DNA of 64,000 bases from an uncultured Methanobacteriaceae archaeon (GCA_963768755.1 CAVYIX010000003.1:52201-116200); one strand, 5' to 3'; shown: positions 1 through 11,403, numbered from the stretch's first letter. A program made the numbers and translations. Notes: generated from the sequence alone by a model not told the origin.

Positions 1-915
1 TTAAATAGAGTTTTCTTGTTACAACCTGCCTTAAACCTGGAAGATAGTGTTTCGAGTCCAGTATTCTACCCCCCATGTTGATTATGATTCTTTTATCATC
101 AATATCACTTGCTTTGTGTCTCAAAAGGAGTTCGGTGACCCTTCCAAATTCGGCTATCTTCTTAACTATTTCTTCACGTGTTAAATTTACTCCTAAAAGG
201 TATCCTCTTGATTTCAGCTCGTTTTCAACCTTTGCAAGGCTTTGAGTGTCAGGACCTGATATGGTGTGTGAATGAATTCCGCCCCCGGATAGTGTGTAAA
301 GTCTTTCAAGAGATTCCATCCTTTTTGAATCCTCATCTAATCGTTTTAAAAATCTATCCATCTCTCCAACATCAGAAAGCCCGACTTTCCTCTTCAGAGG
401 TTCATTAAATCCTGGGAGATAATATTCAATGTCTTCTAATGTACATCCATATTTAAGGATGATATCTGCTTCTTCTTTAATATCTGTGATATCATGCATC
501 TCTGTAATTGTCATCTCTGGTTTTAAAACTACTTCGACCATTCTTCCGTGTTTTTTTGCAAGTTCTTTTATTTCATCTTCATCAAGGTTTACCCCTAAAA
601 GTAAACCTTCCTTTTCCAGTTCTTCAGCAACTTTTTTAAGACTTTCCTTGTTGGGTCCTGAGATCCAGTGGGAATGGATTCCACTCACAGATTCATATAT
701 GCTTTCTAAAGATTGTTTTCTTGTTTTTTCACGTTCTAAACTACTTAAAAATCTGTTAAGCTGTGATATATCTGATATTCCGATTTTTCTAGCTAATGGT
801 TCTTTAAACTCAGGTAAATGGTATTCTATGTTCTCTAGTGTGCATCCGTGTTTTAATATGATCTCAGATTCCTTTCGTATGTCGGCAACACCGTGCATGT
901 CTGTGATCTTCATAA
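1..915 (-). repeat. Protein-level tandem repeat (about 2.4 copies of a ~130-aa module) inside the K+ channel gene
   Basis: Copies share the strings ILK(H/Y)GCTLE(N/D)IEY.LP.F.EPL.RK.G.SD, GIHSH.ISGP and LLGVNL. Copy boundaries lie near 915, 520 and 125; the third copy is cut by the window edge. Confidence 0.6.
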
Positions 916-1690
916 TAGTTGGTTCCATAGAAGCGAAGTATATGTCTTCGGCACCGCTGGCTTCTGGTGATATAACCTTATCTGCCCCGGATCGATACAA
1001 ACGACGGACATTTTCACTTTTACTTGCTCTTGTAACTATCCATATATTTGGATGTATCTCTCGTGCTGTCAAAGTAATGAAGAGATTGTCTACATCATCT
1101 CCAGTAGTGATTATAACTCCCCTGGCTTTTTTTATGCCTGCATCAATCATGATGCTTTCGTCGGTAGCATCCCCAGGAATGGCAAGAACATCTGGTTCTT
1201 CCCACAGTTCCTTTTTAACTACATTTTCATCTTTCTCAATTATTATAGCTTGTATATTTCTTTTTTTAAGTTCCTTATGCACCGCGCTTCCAACTCTTCC
1301 ATAGCCACACAGAACGAAATGGTCCTTACTTGAAGCTATCATCCTTCTCTGTTTAGCGCCTGATGTTATCTCTTCAACTGCCATTGTAACCACCGTTATT
1401 GTTAATGTAAATGCGTAAGCAAGCAGACCTACTCCTCCCATTACCAATGTAATGGTAAAAACTTTTTGTAATGCAGTTATTGGCCGAATATCACCAAAAC
1501 CAACCGTTGCTATCGTTTGAACTGTAAAATAAAGGGAATTAAGGAGATCTAGTCTCATGATATATGTAGAACCTACAATACCGTAGGTTATAAGCAATAT
1601 AACTCCTATTATTGCATAAACTGCTAATTTATACGGTAGATTGGAAAGATCTCTGCCTATAGGTAGTAGGGGTATGTATGGCGGACGCAA
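1..1690 (-). CDS. MthK-like 2-TM potassium channel with RCK/TrkA-N domain and C-terminal tandem repeat modules; 3' end runs off the window
   Basis: Absent from the ORF track because no stop lies inside the window. My reverse-strand translation gives ...[19 protein letters not shown]...[17 protein letters not shown] (K+ selectivity filter TVGFGD), then [14 protein letters not shown] (Rossmann GxGxxG), then repeated ~130-aa modules. In-frame stop at 1709-1711. First start candidate is TTG at 1690, just after GGTGAT. Confidence 0.75.
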   Translation of the reverse strand, partial: MRPPYIPLLPIGRDLSNLPYKLAVYAIIGVILLITYGIVGSTYIMRLDLLNSLYFTVQTIATVGFGDIRPITALQKVFTITLVMGGVGLLAYAFTLTITVVTMAVEEITSGAKQRRMIASSKDHFVLCGYGRVGSAVHKELKKRNIQAIIIEKDENVVKKELWEEPDVLAIPGDATDESIMIDAGIKKARGVIITTGDDVDNLFITLTAREIHPNIWIVTRASKSENVRRLYRSGADKVISPEASGAEDIYFASMEPTIMKITDMHGVADIRKESEIILKHGCTLENIEYHLPEFKEPLARKIGISDISQLNRFLSSLEREKTRKQSLESIYESVSGIHSHWISGPNKESLKKVAEELEKEGLLLGVNLDEDEIKELAKKHGRMVEVVLKPEMTITEMHDITDIKEEADIILKYGCTLEDIEYYLPGFNEPLKRKVGLSDVGEMDRFLKRLDEDSKRMESLERLYTLSGGGIHSHTISGPDTQSLAKVENELKSRGYLLGVNLTREEIVKKIAEFGRVTELLLRHKASDIDDKRIIINMGGRILDSKHYLPGLRQVVTRKLYL

Positions 1691-2143
1691 AAGATCACCA
1701 ACTTTTTTTTATTATTTCAACGTCTTTAAATAATGATTATTTATCAAATTATAATTTCTATTATTTTGGGTCTATCTCGTATCATTAATTCGGTATAAAT
1801 AAGGTTATTATTAAATATTCACCATTTAAAATTTATATTATTCCAGCTTTCACGTACTTTAAAAAATATTTTAAGTTATATAATTGATTTTATCAATTTA
1901 TTGACTATAAAATCTCTGTTAAGTTATTTTTTTCAAGTTCTTAAAACTATCGATTATGGGTTGAAATAGCTATTAATTAAATTTGAGCTATTTAGTCGTA
2001 AATTTTACGATTAAAAATTAATCTCACCATTTTCTAACTTGAAAATCGTACTTGTTATTATTATATATTATCTAAATCACATAAATATTGGATAATATTA
2101 AATTGAGTACCAGTTCAATTTTAATAAAATTTGAGTGGTCTAA

Positions 2144-5080
2144 ATGGCTAAAAATATACAAAATAAATTAAAAAATGGAACTAACCAAAATTCATCAAAA
2201 TTTTTATACATAGGTATAGGCGCATCTGCAGGTGGATTGGATGCACTAAAGAAATTTCTATCTAACATTCCAGAAAATAGTGGAATGGCTTTTATAATTG
2301 TTCAACATATGGATCCCACCCATAAAAGTGGTTTAGTGAATATTTTGTCCCATTATACTAAAATAAAAGTTGAAGAGGTAATAGATGGGGTTCAGATCAA
2401 ACCTGATCATGTGTATATAATTCCTCCAAATAAAGACATGGGTATCTTAGATGGGAAACTCCAGCTAATGGAACCCATAGAACCACATGGCCTTAGAATG
2501 CCAATAAATTACTTTTTGACAAGTTTATCTCAGGATCAACAGGATAGAAGCGTTGGTGTAATCCTATCTGGCTTTGGAACAGATGGTTCGATTGGTTTAA
2601 AGGCCATTAAAGCTAATGGTGGTTTATGTATTGCACAAGATCCATCTACAGCAGGTTCTGAAGGCATGCCAACTAGTGCAATTAATACAGGACTCGTAGA
2701 CATTATTTTAGCTCCTGAAGAAATGCCTTCAAAGCTTTTATCATATAAAAAATCATCAAGCAAGATTCTTAAAAAGATACTTACACCCGAAGACAAAACA
2801 ATTCAGACACTTCGGAAGATATTCATTTTAATTAGAAACAGAACAGGTCATGATTTTTCTCAATACAAAAAAAGTACTGTTTTCAGACGTGTAGGGCGTC
2901 GAATGAATATTCACCAAATTGAAGAGATATCTCAATATCTGCGATATCTACAAGAAAACCCAGAGGAAATTGATCTGCTCTTCAAAGAATTTTTAATAAA
3001 TGTTACTAATTTCTTCAGAGATCCTGAGGCATTTGAATCCCTAAAAGAAGAAGCTTTAAAGGATTTAATTGATGAAAAATTAGATTTTGATACCATCAGA
3101 GTTTGGGTTCCGGGTTGTTCGAGTGGTGAGGAAGTTTATTCAATTGCAATTATAATAAAAGAACTGTTGGAAGGAACTGACAAAAAACTTGAAGTTCAGA
3201 TATTTGGAACCGATCTAGATTCATATTCAATTAAAACTGCTCGTTCAGGTACTTATACAAATATATCTGCAGATGTGAGTCCTGAACGTCTTAATAAGTT
3301 TTTTTATAGAAGAGATAATTTATACACAATTAAAGAAGAAATACGGGATATGGTGGTATTTGCAAACCATAACGTGATTAAAGATCCTCCTTTTACCAAA
3401 TTAGATCTTATAACATGCAGGAACCTTTTGATCTATCTCGAAAGTGAAGCACAAGAGAAAGTGCTTTCCAAATTTAATTATTCGCTTAAAAAGGATGGAA
3501 TTTTATTTTTAGGTCCTTCAGAAACTATTGGAGAGTTTTTAGAGACATTTTCTATAGTTGATAATAAATGGAAGATATATAAACGTGTAAAATCAAATGG
3601 TTTAATATTTGATTACACTAAAACTCATTCTCTTCCATATCAATTATCATCATCAAAATATTGGGATTCAAAATTTGAATTGAAAGATTCTAAGCCTGAA
3701 AAAGCGGATAATATTTCTGTATTGGCTGAAAAAAAATTGATTGATATATTTGCTCCTCCATCCGCATTAATCAACGATTTAGGAGAAATTATATATATTC
3801 ATGGTCGTTTAGGAAAATATTTGGAACCTTCTCAAGGGAAAGCTCGTATGAACATTCTTGAAATGGCAAAAGATAATATAAAATTAGGTTTGAGTACAGC
3901 AATTCAAAATGCTATTACTAATAATAAGGAAGTAATATTAGAAGGTTTAAAGATCGATGAAGAAAAGGAGGGTCATAGCCTTAAATTAACAGTTAAGCCA
4001 TTAAGTGATCCTGCTAAAGTGAAAGGATTTTTAATAGTTTCATTTGAAGAATCAACAGATGTAATAGAAGATGATCTAAAAAAGAACAATTTATATTCAA
4101 TTTCTAATTGCGGAGATCAGTTAAATGCACTAGATAATGAGCTTAAGCTAACAAAAGAACGACTTAAAATCACAATAGAGGATATGACAACTTCTAATGA
4201 AGAACTTAAATCTGCTAATGAGGAACTTCAATCAATGAATGAAGAATCACAAAGTACTAATGAAGAGTTGGAAACTTCCAAAGAAGAACTGCAGTCAATC
4301 AATGAGGAACTTACCATTGTTAATAGCGAATTACAAACGAAAATCGATGAACTTTCTAGGATAAATGATGATATGACCAACCTATTCAACAGTACGGAGA
4401 TAGCAACGATATTTGTTGACAATGATCTAAATGTTAGACGTTTTACAGAAGAAGCAACTAAATTAATTAAGTTGATAAAATCAGATGTGGGACGTTCTCT
4501 GGGAGATATTGTTTCAAAAATAAACTATCCGGAATTAGTGGATGATATTCATCAAGTAATTGAAAAAGTGGTATATAAAGAAAAAGAAGTTAGTAATCCC
4601 CAAGGAAAATGGTACAAAGTGAGAATCGTGCCATATAAAACATCAAAAAATGTAATTGATGGAGCGACAATAACCTTCCTTGATATTAGTGGAATGAAAA
4701 ATATTCAGGAAAAATTGCAATCAGCCTTAACTTATGCTGAAGATGTAATCAACACTGTTCGCGAACCATTATTAGTACTTGATGATGATCTTGTGGTGAT
4801 TTCTGCAAATAAGTCCTTCTATAAGACTTTTGATTTAAAAAAATCTGTAACAGAAGGGGAGAAGTTATATGAAGTTGGAGATGGTGAGTGGGATATTCCA
4901 TCACTTCGAAAACTCCTGATCGACATTCTTAAAGTAAATAATGAGATGAATGATTTTGAATTTGAAGGTAACTTCAGTAAAGCAGGATACAAAAAAATGC
5001 TGTTAAATGCTAGAAGAATCTACAGAGAAGGCACAGATAAGAAGATGATTCTGCTCGCAATGGAAGACCTCAAGGATTAA
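2144..5080 (+). CDS. CheB methylesterase / CheR methyltransferase fusion protein with coiled coil and PAS domains
   Basis: N-terminus GIGASAGGLDALKKFLSNIPENSGMAFIIVQHMDP is CheB-type. RVWVPGCSSGEEVYSIAIII is the CheR SAM-binding motif. NEEL(K/Q/E)S heptad repeats follow (4195-4330), then C-terminal PAS-like segments. Confidence 0.85.
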   Translation: MAKNIQNKLKNGTNQNSSKFLYIGIGASAGGLDALKKFLSNIPENSGMAFIIVQHMDPTHKSGLVNILSHYTKIKVEEVIDGVQIKPDHVYIIPPNKDMGILDGKLQLMEPIEPHGLRMPINYFLTSLSQDQQDRSVGVILSGFGTDGSIGLKAIKANGGLCIAQDPSTAGSEGMPTSAINTGLVDIILAPEEMPSKLLSYKKSSSKILKKILTPEDKTIQTLRKIFILIRNRTGHDFSQYKKSTVFRRVGRRMNIHQIEEISQYLRYLQENPEEIDLLFKEFLINVTNFFRDPEAFESLKEEALKDLIDEKLDFDTIRVWVPGCSSGEEVYSIAIIIKELLEGTDKKLEVQIFGTDLDSYSIKTARSGTYTNISADVSPERLNKFFYRRDNLYTIKEEIRDMVVFANHNVIKDPPFTKLDLITCRNLLIYLESEAQEKVLSKFNYSLKKDGILFLGPSETIGEFLETFSIVDNKWKIYKRVKSNGLIFDYTKTHSLPYQLSSSKYWDSKFELKDSKPEKADNISVLAEKKLIDIFAPPSALINDLGEIIYIHGRLGKYLEPSQGKARMNILEMAKDNIKLGLSTAIQNAITNNKEVILEGLKIDEEKEGHSLKLTVKPLSDPAKVKGFLIVSFEESTDVIEDDLKKNNLYSISNCGDQLNALDNELKLTKERLKITIEDMTTSNEELKSANEELQSMNEESQSTNEELETSKEELQSINEELTIVNSELQTKIDELSRINDDMTNLFNSTEIATIFVDNDLNVRRFTEEATKLIKLIKSDVGRSLGDIVSKINYPELVDDIHQVIEKVVYKEKEVSNPQGKWYKVRIVPYKTSKNVIDGATITFLDISGMKNIQEKLQSALTYAEDVINTVREPLLVLDDDLVVISANKSFYKTFDLKKSVTEGEKLYEVGDGEWDIPSLRKLLIDILKVNNEMNDFEFEGNFSKAGYKKMLLNARRIYREGTDKKMILLAMEDLKD

Positions 5081-5232
5081 ACTTAGGACGAAAATAGTTA
5101 TAATGAAATGGTTTTGTATTATGTTTTAACAATCCAAAGGACTGAATTTAAGTTTGTTTAAATAATATTACACAATATACTACTCCCAAATCAAATTCGT
5201 TATATAAAATTTTTTATTATTGTGGTGATAAG

Positions 5233-6714
5233 ATGGATATAATGGACATGATGGTTATTGATGCCAATGCTGAGGCAATGGGAATTCCAAAATCTTCTCT
5301 AATGGAAAATGCGGGAAAGTGCATTGCAGCGAAATTATTTGAGATTTCAAAACCATGTAAAGTTTCAATATTTGCAGGTACTGGTGGAAATGGCGGTGAT
5401 GGATTTGTAACTGCAAGACATCTTCTAAACAAAGGATTTAATGTTGAAATCTATCTCCTTGGCCATCCATTACAGATAAAATCTCATGAATCACAGAAAA
5501 ACTGGTATGTTCTCCAGAAAATGAGCAATGAAACAAATTCAATTATAATTAATCAAATTGAAGATGCATCCCAACTTAAATCTATAGATTCAGATATTAT
5601 AGTAGACGCCATTCTTGGAACAGGAACCAAAGGAAGGCTTAGAGAACCAATTTCTAGTGCTGTAGATATTATAAATAATTCTAGTGGTATAGTTATCGCT
5701 GTAGACATTCCCACGGGACTAGATCCTCAAACAGGTACAGTGGATGATAAAGCCATCGAAGCAGATTTCACAGTAACTTTTCACAAAGAAAAAAGCGGTA
5801 TTAAAAAGGCAGATACCAAATATGTTGGAAGAGCTAGTGTCTGCGATATAGGAATTCCAATTGAAGCAGAGTTATTCACAGGTCCCGGAGACTTACTCAG
5901 ACTGAATAATAGGGAAATAAATTCTCATAAGGGGCAAAATGGCAGTGTACTGATTGTTGGTGGAAATCGCAATTATTCCGGTGCTCCGGCATTAGCTGCA
6001 CTATCATCTTTAAGGTCTGGAGTTGATTTATCTGTTGTTGCATGTCCAAATAGCGTGGCATCTCCAATTAGGTCATATTCTCCGGATTTAATTGTTAATG
6101 GTCTTTCGGATAATTATATCACCTTTGATGATACTTCAAGAATACTGGAACTATCAGAAGATTCAGATGTAATGGTTCTGGGTTGTGGAATGGGAAGGGA
6201 AGAAGAAACGGGTTTGGCTTTGACTGAAATGATTGAAAAAATTCAAATGCCGATTGTACTTGATGCAGATGCCCTTAAAATTCTAGATTTAGATTTAGTC
6301 ACCAAATACAATGGTGAAGTAATTCTAACACCTCACAAAGCAGAATTCAAGACTTTTTTTGGAATAGATGTCCCAGAAAAAATTGAACAAAAAATTGATG
6401 TAGTTTCAGAAGCTTCCAAAGAATGTAAATCTACCATTCTACTTAAGGGGGTTATTGATATTATTTCAAATGGTATATCGGTAAAATTAAACTCCACAGG
6501 AAATCCTGGTATGACAGTAGGAGGCACAGGAGATATATTAGCGGGTCTTGTGGGAGGTTTATTGGCCCAGGGACATAAAGCTTATGAAGCAGCATATTTA
6601 GGATCTTTTATTAACGGGGCAGCTGGTGATATTGCTCTGAAAGATTATGGATATAATTTCCTTGCTAGCGATATTTTGAAGTACATACCCCGAGTATTTA
6701 GGGGTTTAATATAA
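5233..6714 (+). CDS. nnr: Bifunctional NAD(P)H-hydrate repair enzyme (epimerase + ADP-dependent dehydratase)
   Basis: YjeF N-terminal motif FAGTGGNGGDGFV. C-terminal carbohydrate-kinase-like part has GGNRNYSGAPALAA and GTGDILAG. Confidence 0.85.
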   Translation: MDIMDMMVIDANAEAMGIPKSSLMENAGKCIAAKLFEISKPCKVSIFAGTGGNGGDGFVTARHLLNKGFNVEIYLLGHPLQIKSHESQKNWYVLQKMSNETNSIIINQIEDASQLKSIDSDIIVDAILGTGTKGRLREPISSAVDIINNSSGIVIAVDIPTGLDPQTGTVDDKAIEADFTVTFHKEKSGIKKADTKYVGRASVCDIGIPIEAELFTGPGDLLRLNNREINSHKGQNGSVLIVGGNRNYSGAPALAALSSLRSGVDLSVVACPNSVASPIRSYSPDLIVNGLSDNYITFDDTSRILELSEDSDVMVLGCGMGREEETGLALTEMIEKIQMPIVLDADALKILDLDLVTKYNGEVILTPHKAEFKTFFGIDVPEKIEQKIDVVSEASKECKSTILLKGVIDIISNGISVKLNSTGNPGMTVGGTGDILAGLVGGLLAQGHKAYEAAYLGSFINGAAGDIALKDYGYNFLASDILKYIPRVFRGLI

Positions 6715-6963
6715 TCCTAGTAGACCTAAAATAATAAGAAGTACAACTCCAATAAACCCACCAAATCCTGCTACAAGCACTGTAAGAATATTGATTGGAA
6801 TATGTACAAATGGAATTAAATCAACTATTACTAGGAGTATAAGACCGAAAAGCATGTGTAACAGTATCTTGATTATAATACCAGCTGCTTTAAAAAGAAT
6901 TATCAACCCAACTGCAATTATTATTGCTAAAAGAATTCCTATGAAAATTGTGTCAATAGCCAT
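6706..6963 (-). CDS. Small integral membrane protein (BofA-like, 2-3 TM)
   Basis: 85-aa, almost entirely hydrophobic ORF. It converges on nnr with a 9-nt overlap. The family call is from overall resemblance only. Confidence 0.45.
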   Translation of the reverse strand: MAIDTIFIGILLAIIIAVGLIILFKAAGIIIKILLHMLFGLILLVIVDLIPFVHIPINILTVLVAGFGGFIGVVLLIILGLLGLY

Positions 6964-7070
6964 TTATTTTCCTGTATAATCTGTTAATGAATTTCTTAAA
7001 TCTGATATCTTTTATCAATTCTTTTGATATAAAATTAAGGCTTTGATATAAAAAATATAACTCCTAAATT

Positions 7071-8252
7071 TTAATCTTTTTTACAGACTCTCTGATAGCA
7101 AGCTGCCTGAAGGCCATAATTTTTTACCATTCCAGCTATCTCTCGCTGGTCCATTTCTTTATCCTCAAAGGATACGGCTTCTTCACTGTAAAGGCTGAAT
7201 GGAGATTTACGGCCAAGTGTTCTTATACTGCCTTTATGAAGTTTTAACTTAACCACTCCGGTTACGCGTTTCTGCATGTTGTCGATTATGCAGTCTAGAT
7301 CCTCACGGAGAGGTTCATGCCACAATCCATTATAAACAATTTCAGAATAGGTTTGGCTGATCGTTTCTGCAAATTTAAGTTCTTCTCTAGTTAATGTAAG
7401 CTGTTCAAGAGCTTTGTGTGCTGTTATTATTAAAACTGCACCGGGTGTTTCATAATTTTCCCTAGATTTAAGTCCTATTATACGATTTTCAATTATATCT
7501 ATCCTTCCTATCCCATGTAATCCTGCAACACGGTTGCATTCGATTATTATTTCTAATGCACCCATCTTTTTGCCATCTATTGCAACTGGAACCCCATCAT
7601 TAAATGTTATGTCCAGATACTGTGCTTGGTTGGGGGCATTTTCAGTTGAGACTGTCCATTCAAATGCTTCCTCTGGAGTTTCAACCATTGGATCTTCGAG
7701 TATGTCTCCTTCAATAGATCTTCCCCATACATTCTCGTCGATACTGTAAAGCTTATCAGAAGGTAATGGTATATTATTCTCCTTTGCGTAATCCATTTCT
7801 TCTGTTCTAGTTAAACTTAAATCCCTCACAGGCGCAATTATGCTGCAAAGAGATCCTGATCTTATGGTTGATTCAAATCTGAATTGGTCGTTTCCCTTAC
7901 CGGTGCAGCCGTGAGCAATCGCATCTGCTCCTTCTTTTTCAGCTATTTCAACTATTTTCATAGCTATAAGGGGTCTTGCTAGAGATGTACTTAGTGGATA
8001 TCCTTCATACATTGCATTGGCTTTAATTGCCCTGAATATAAATTCTTCGGCGAATTCATGCTTAGCATCAATAGTGTAATGTCTTTTAACACCTATTTCT
8101 TTTGCAACCTGTTCGGGTCTCTCAATTTCGTATTTTGGCTGGCCTACATCGACACATACAGTTATTACTTCCATATTGTACTTATCCTGGAGTAACTTTA
8201 CACATACAGACGTGTCCAATCCGCCACTAAATGCAAGAACTACTTTTTCCAT
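7071..8252 (-). CDS. argG: Argininosuccinate synthase
   Basis: [16 protein letters not shown] (N-type ATP pyrophosphatase motif) and full-length ArgG-like sequence. ATG at 8252 is preferred over the track GTG at 8261 because AAGAGTGA sits 4 nt upstream. Confidence 0.95.
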   Translation of the reverse strand: MEKVVLAFSGGLDTSVCVKLLQDKYNMEVITVCVDVGQPKYEIERPEQVAKEIGVKRHYTIDAKHEFAEEFIFRAIKANAMYEGYPLSTSLARPLIAMKIVEIAEKEGADAIAHGCTGKGNDQFRFESTIRSGSLCSIIAPVRDLSLTRTEEMDYAKENNIPLPSDKLYSIDENVWGRSIEGDILEDPMVETPEEAFEWTVSTENAPNQAQYLDITFNDGVPVAIDGKKMGALEIIIECNRVAGLHGIGRIDIIENRIIGLKSRENYETPGAVLIITAHKALEQLTLTREELKFAETISQTYSEIVYNGLWHEPLREDLDCIIDNMQKRVTGVVKLKLHKGSIRTLGRKSPFSLYSEEAVSFEDKEMDQREIAGMVKNYGLQAACYQRVCKKD

Positions 8253-8713
8253 TGTAATCACTCTTAATTTTTTAATCTTCTTTTATTGGTAAATCTAAAA
8301 TTTTCTTTAAATTTATAACAGATATGAAACTTTCACATATATTGTTTATGTTCTGGCTATTAAAATCTATATAATTTTTAACTTAGGAACATTTGATGAT
8401 ATCAATACTTGTTTATAGGATAATAAGATGATACCACAGATTTGCGTAGTATCTATTGGTTAATTTGATTATATAATTAAAATTAATTTAATATTATCAT
8501 CCAAATAAAATAACCTTTTTTTAAGTATCATACTTTTATAAGATTCTTATAACATGCTTAAATTTATTTTTTGAATTGATTAGTTCAATTTAACTCCTAT
8601 CATCCAAAAAATTAAGCAATTAAGATTGATGAAAAAGTAGATAAAATAGATGGAACTAATAAAAAAAATAGAATAATACTAAACTGGTAATATAATTCCT
8701 GATAAACATGTAA

Positions 8714-9478
8714 TTGGAAATTGAAGCGAGAAAAAGTATAAATTGTGTGATTTTAATGAATATTCAAGATGATATCAAAATTATTTCAAATGAAACGGGA
8801 GGTAGAGTGAATGAGAATGAGAATCTCATGGAATATGTACCTAAATCAATTACATCTACTCGTTTGATTAAAGCTGCAAGATATGGTACTCCTATGATAA
8901 AAATTGGTGATAGATCTCCTAAGATAATACTTACAGCGGGGATTCATGGAAACGAAATTCCACCACAAATTGCTGCATTGTGGCTTGCAGAAGAGTTATG
9001 GGAAAGATCAATCAATGGAACTGTTTATATAATCCCTTTCGCACTTCCAAATGCAACAATGAAGAATTCAAGAAGGTTCAAAGGATTTGATATGAACAGA
9101 AGGACTTCCAAATCAGGTTCTCCTTCTAATAAGATATTAAAGACTGCAGATAAACTTAATATAATTTCTTTAGCAGATTTTCATGCAACCAAACCCCGAA
9201 GCAACCCTGGAATTGAGAGTGTTTTTTGTTCTGAGCAGCCATGCCCAGAAAGTCTAATGATTGCAAAATATATAACTAATGTGACATCATCGAAGGTAAT
9301 TTGCCATAAAAACGCGGGATCATTATACAGTGGAGCTTTAGAAGATGAATCAAACCTCAAAGGGACTGCTGCCGTAACATGTGAGGTTGTATCTGAAAAC
9401 TGTAAGGTAAACCCAGGAAGTCCCGAAAGATCCTATCTTCAAATGATGTCTTATTTAAAATACTTTGGAATTGTTTAA
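8714..9478 (+). CDS. Succinylglutamate desuccinylase/aspartoacylase (M14-like zinc hydrolase) family protein
   Basis: ILTAGIHGNEIPPQIAA contains the HxxE zinc motif typical of the AstE/AspA family. The start is uncertain: TTG 8714, GTG 8807 or ATG 8828, with an SD GGAGGT at 8798-8803. Confidence 0.65.
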   Translation: MEIEARKSINCVILMNIQDDIKIISNETGGRVNENENLMEYVPKSITSTRLIKAARYGTPMIKIGDRSPKIILTAGIHGNEIPPQIAALWLAEELWERSINGTVYIIPFALPNATMKNSRRFKGFDMNRRTSKSGSPSNKILKTADKLNIISLADFHATKPRSNPGIESVFCSEQPCPESLMIAKYITNVTSSKVICHKNAGSLYSGALEDESNLKGTAAVTCEVVSENCKVNPGSPERSYLQMMSYLKYFGIV

Positions 9479-9554
9479 AATTTATTATAAATTGGATTAG
9501 GACTATCTAACAGAGTTAAATGATATATATTAAATAAAATAGAAGTGCGATAAA

Positions 9555-10244
9555 ATGCCGTCCTACAAAGAACATGTCCTTGTCTCAATAATTATGGTCT
9601 TTCCATTTTTTCCAGAAATCTTTTATATCGCACTAGCAGTTATTGGTGCATCAATAATGGATATGGATCACAAGGTTAATCAAAAAAATATTACTATATT
9701 GGGATTATTGGGAGTGATATTGGCTTTAATACTATATATTCTGAACTTTCCATACTTGATAGGAGTTTTAATAGCTTTGATGGCACTATTATTCTATATT
9801 TCTGAGCACAGGGGGTTTATGCATTCGATATTTGGAATAATTTTTATAACTGGTTGTCTATTATTTTTTGTTTTGGGTGCTCATTCATTATTGTTAGAAT
9901 TTACAAGTTTGAAGGTATCATTGATTATAATTTCACTTATTTTGGGGATTATGGTTTTAAATAAAAAAATTGTTCCTATATATGCCTTTTTGATTATTAT
10001 AGGACTGATATTCTCATCTAATATTGGATTTAACATATATTATGTTTTTTTCGCATTTTTTTTAGGTTGTTTAAGTCATGTTATCTTAGATCTTTTCACA
10101 CCTTCCGGTGTACAGCTCATAAATCCCATATCCTCCATGAAATTTAAAAAACGAGCTGGGTTTACTTTAATTGCTATTTGGGCCGGTTGTGTAATTGCTT
10201 CTGTAGTATTATATGGTAATAATTTCTTAAGTTTAATAATATAG
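9555..10244 (+). CDS. Membrane-bound metal-dependent hydrolase (DUF457/YdjM-like)
   Basis: Polytopic membrane protein with His/Asp motifs MDMDHK, HRGFMHS and SHVILDLFTPSG, typical of DUF457. Confidence 0.6.
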   Translation: MPSYKEHVLVSIIMVFPFFPEIFYIALAVIGASIMDMDHKVNQKNITILGLLGVILALILYILNFPYLIGVLIALMALLFYISEHRGFMHSIFGIIFITGCLLFFVLGAHSLLLEFTSLKVSLIIISLILGIMVLNKKIVPIYAFLIIIGLIFSSNIGFNIYYVFFAFFLGCLSHVILDLFTPSGVQLINPISSMKFKKRAGFTLIAIWAGCVIASVVLYGNNFLSLII

Positions 10245-10490
10245 ATTAATACTTTCTGATTTAAAAAAATATTATAATAGCCGTTTATGTTTATCTAAAA
10301 AAATCTCAATATTATGCTAGTTTTATTAGATAATAAACTATATGATTATGTTACTACTTTTTATTCAAAATATATCTAATCAGTTGAGTGTAAAAAATCA
10401 ATTTAGTTAATTTTATATATATCATGTTTTATAATGATGAATTAATTATCATGGTTTGCAATGATCCTATAGACAGGGTTAAACTTAAAG

Positions 10491-10498
10491 TTTTATAT
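10491..10498 (+). promoter_or_regulatory. Candidate archaeal TATA box for the ehb operon
   Basis: AAAG-TTTTATAT lies about 65 nt upstream of the ehbA ATG, inside a 316-bp AT-rich gap. Pattern match only. Confidence 0.3.
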
Positions 10499-10560
10499 GA
10501 GCTATGTTAATTAATCATGATTTATCCGGGCTATAATATTAAAAAAGGAGTTAATTCACA

Positions 10561-10872
10561 ATGTTTATAACCAGAATATTCTACGGAATAGCTTATTTCA
10601 TCGTTCTTATCTTTGAAATACTCAAAGCAGAACTAGACGTTGTTACAAGGGTTTTAGATGGAAAGGTAGAACCTCATGTTGTAGAGATAGAAACAGTACT
10701 TAAAAGGCCTATATCTCAAACAATACTTGCAAATAGCATAACATTAACCCCCGGGACACTTTCAATCGATCTGGATTCAGAAAATTGTATTTTAAAGGTA
10801 GCAATAATATCTAAACGTACGGCTGAGGAGATAATTCCGTTTGAACCATATATAAAAGGGATGTTAGAATGA
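10561..10872 (+). CDS. ehbA: Energy-converting hydrogenase B subunit A (Mrp/Mnh subunit E-like)
   Basis: MnhE-like string [27 protein letters not shown] upstream. First gene of the cluster. ehb letters are assigned by position, following the Methanothermobacter ehbA-Q order. Confidence 0.7.
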   Translation: MFITRIFYGIAYFIVLIFEILKAELDVVTRVLDGKVEPHVVEIETVLKRPISQTILANSITLTPGTLSIDLDSENCILKVAIISKRTAEEIIPFEPYIKGMLE

Positions 10873-11126
10873 ACATACTGGTTATATCACAATATATTCT
10901 TATGGGGGCCCTTGCTATCTTTGCAATTGCCACAATAAGAATTACAACAAGAAAAAAAATTGCAATGTCTCTTGTAGGTTTATCCGGTTTGGGCATTGCA
11001 ATAGCAACGATGCTGGTCTTAGTGCAGCAATTATATAATTTAGCTTTTTGTGATACCATAGCAACTGCCTTGATACTGCTTGGTCCAGTTGGAACGATAG
11101 CATTTGCAAGTGTTTTAAGAGGATGA
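10869..11126 (+). CDS. ehbB: Energy-converting hydrogenase B subunit B (MnhF-like small membrane subunit)
   Basis: 85-aa, 3-TM protein. ATGA start/stop overlap with ehbA. Confidence 0.6.
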   Translation: MNILVISQYILMGALAIFAIATIRITTRKKIAMSLVGLSGLGIAIATMLVLVQQLYNLAFCDTIATALILLGPVGTIAFASVLRG

Positions 11127-11130
11127 TCGT

Positions 11131-11403
11131 GTGACAGATATAATAACTTTAATAAGATCAGCTATACTCATAATAGTTGCATTCTTAGTGCTTTTAACCG
11201 CTTACGGAATTTTAAGGTATGGGGATAATATTGAAAATATAATATATGCCCGGATACACATTCTGGGAGTTGCTGATATAGCTCTAATAATAGCACTACT
11301 TGTCCTTAATGAACCCCTTATGGCGTCGGCATATTTCATCTTAGCACCGTTTGCAGCCCATGCCATAGCCAATGGTTACTACTATGGGGAGGAGGAGAAA
11401 TGA
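11131..11403 (+). CDS. ehbC: Energy-converting hydrogenase B subunit C (MnhG-like)
   Basis: 90-aa membrane protein with [10 protein letters not shown], resembling the MnhG motif. GTG start after AAGAGGA. Confidence 0.6.
   Translation: MTDIITLIRSAILIIVAFLVLLTAYGILRYGDNIENIIYARIHILGVADIALIIALLVLNEPLMASAYFILAPFAAHAIANGYYYGEEEK

Noticed and set aside
178-1333. Plus-strand ORFs 178-408, 429-1304 (291 aa) and 1052-1333
   Set aside because: They are Ser/Phe/Ile-rich, low-complexity translations antisense to the well-supported K+ channel/RCK gene on the minus strand. No motifs and no SD.
8262-8713. 452-bp gap between argG and the M14-like gene, examined for tRNA or sRNA
   Set aside because: No GC-rich, tRNA-like segment. 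The TGATGA-like strings lack partner boxes. I treat it as a divergent promoter region.
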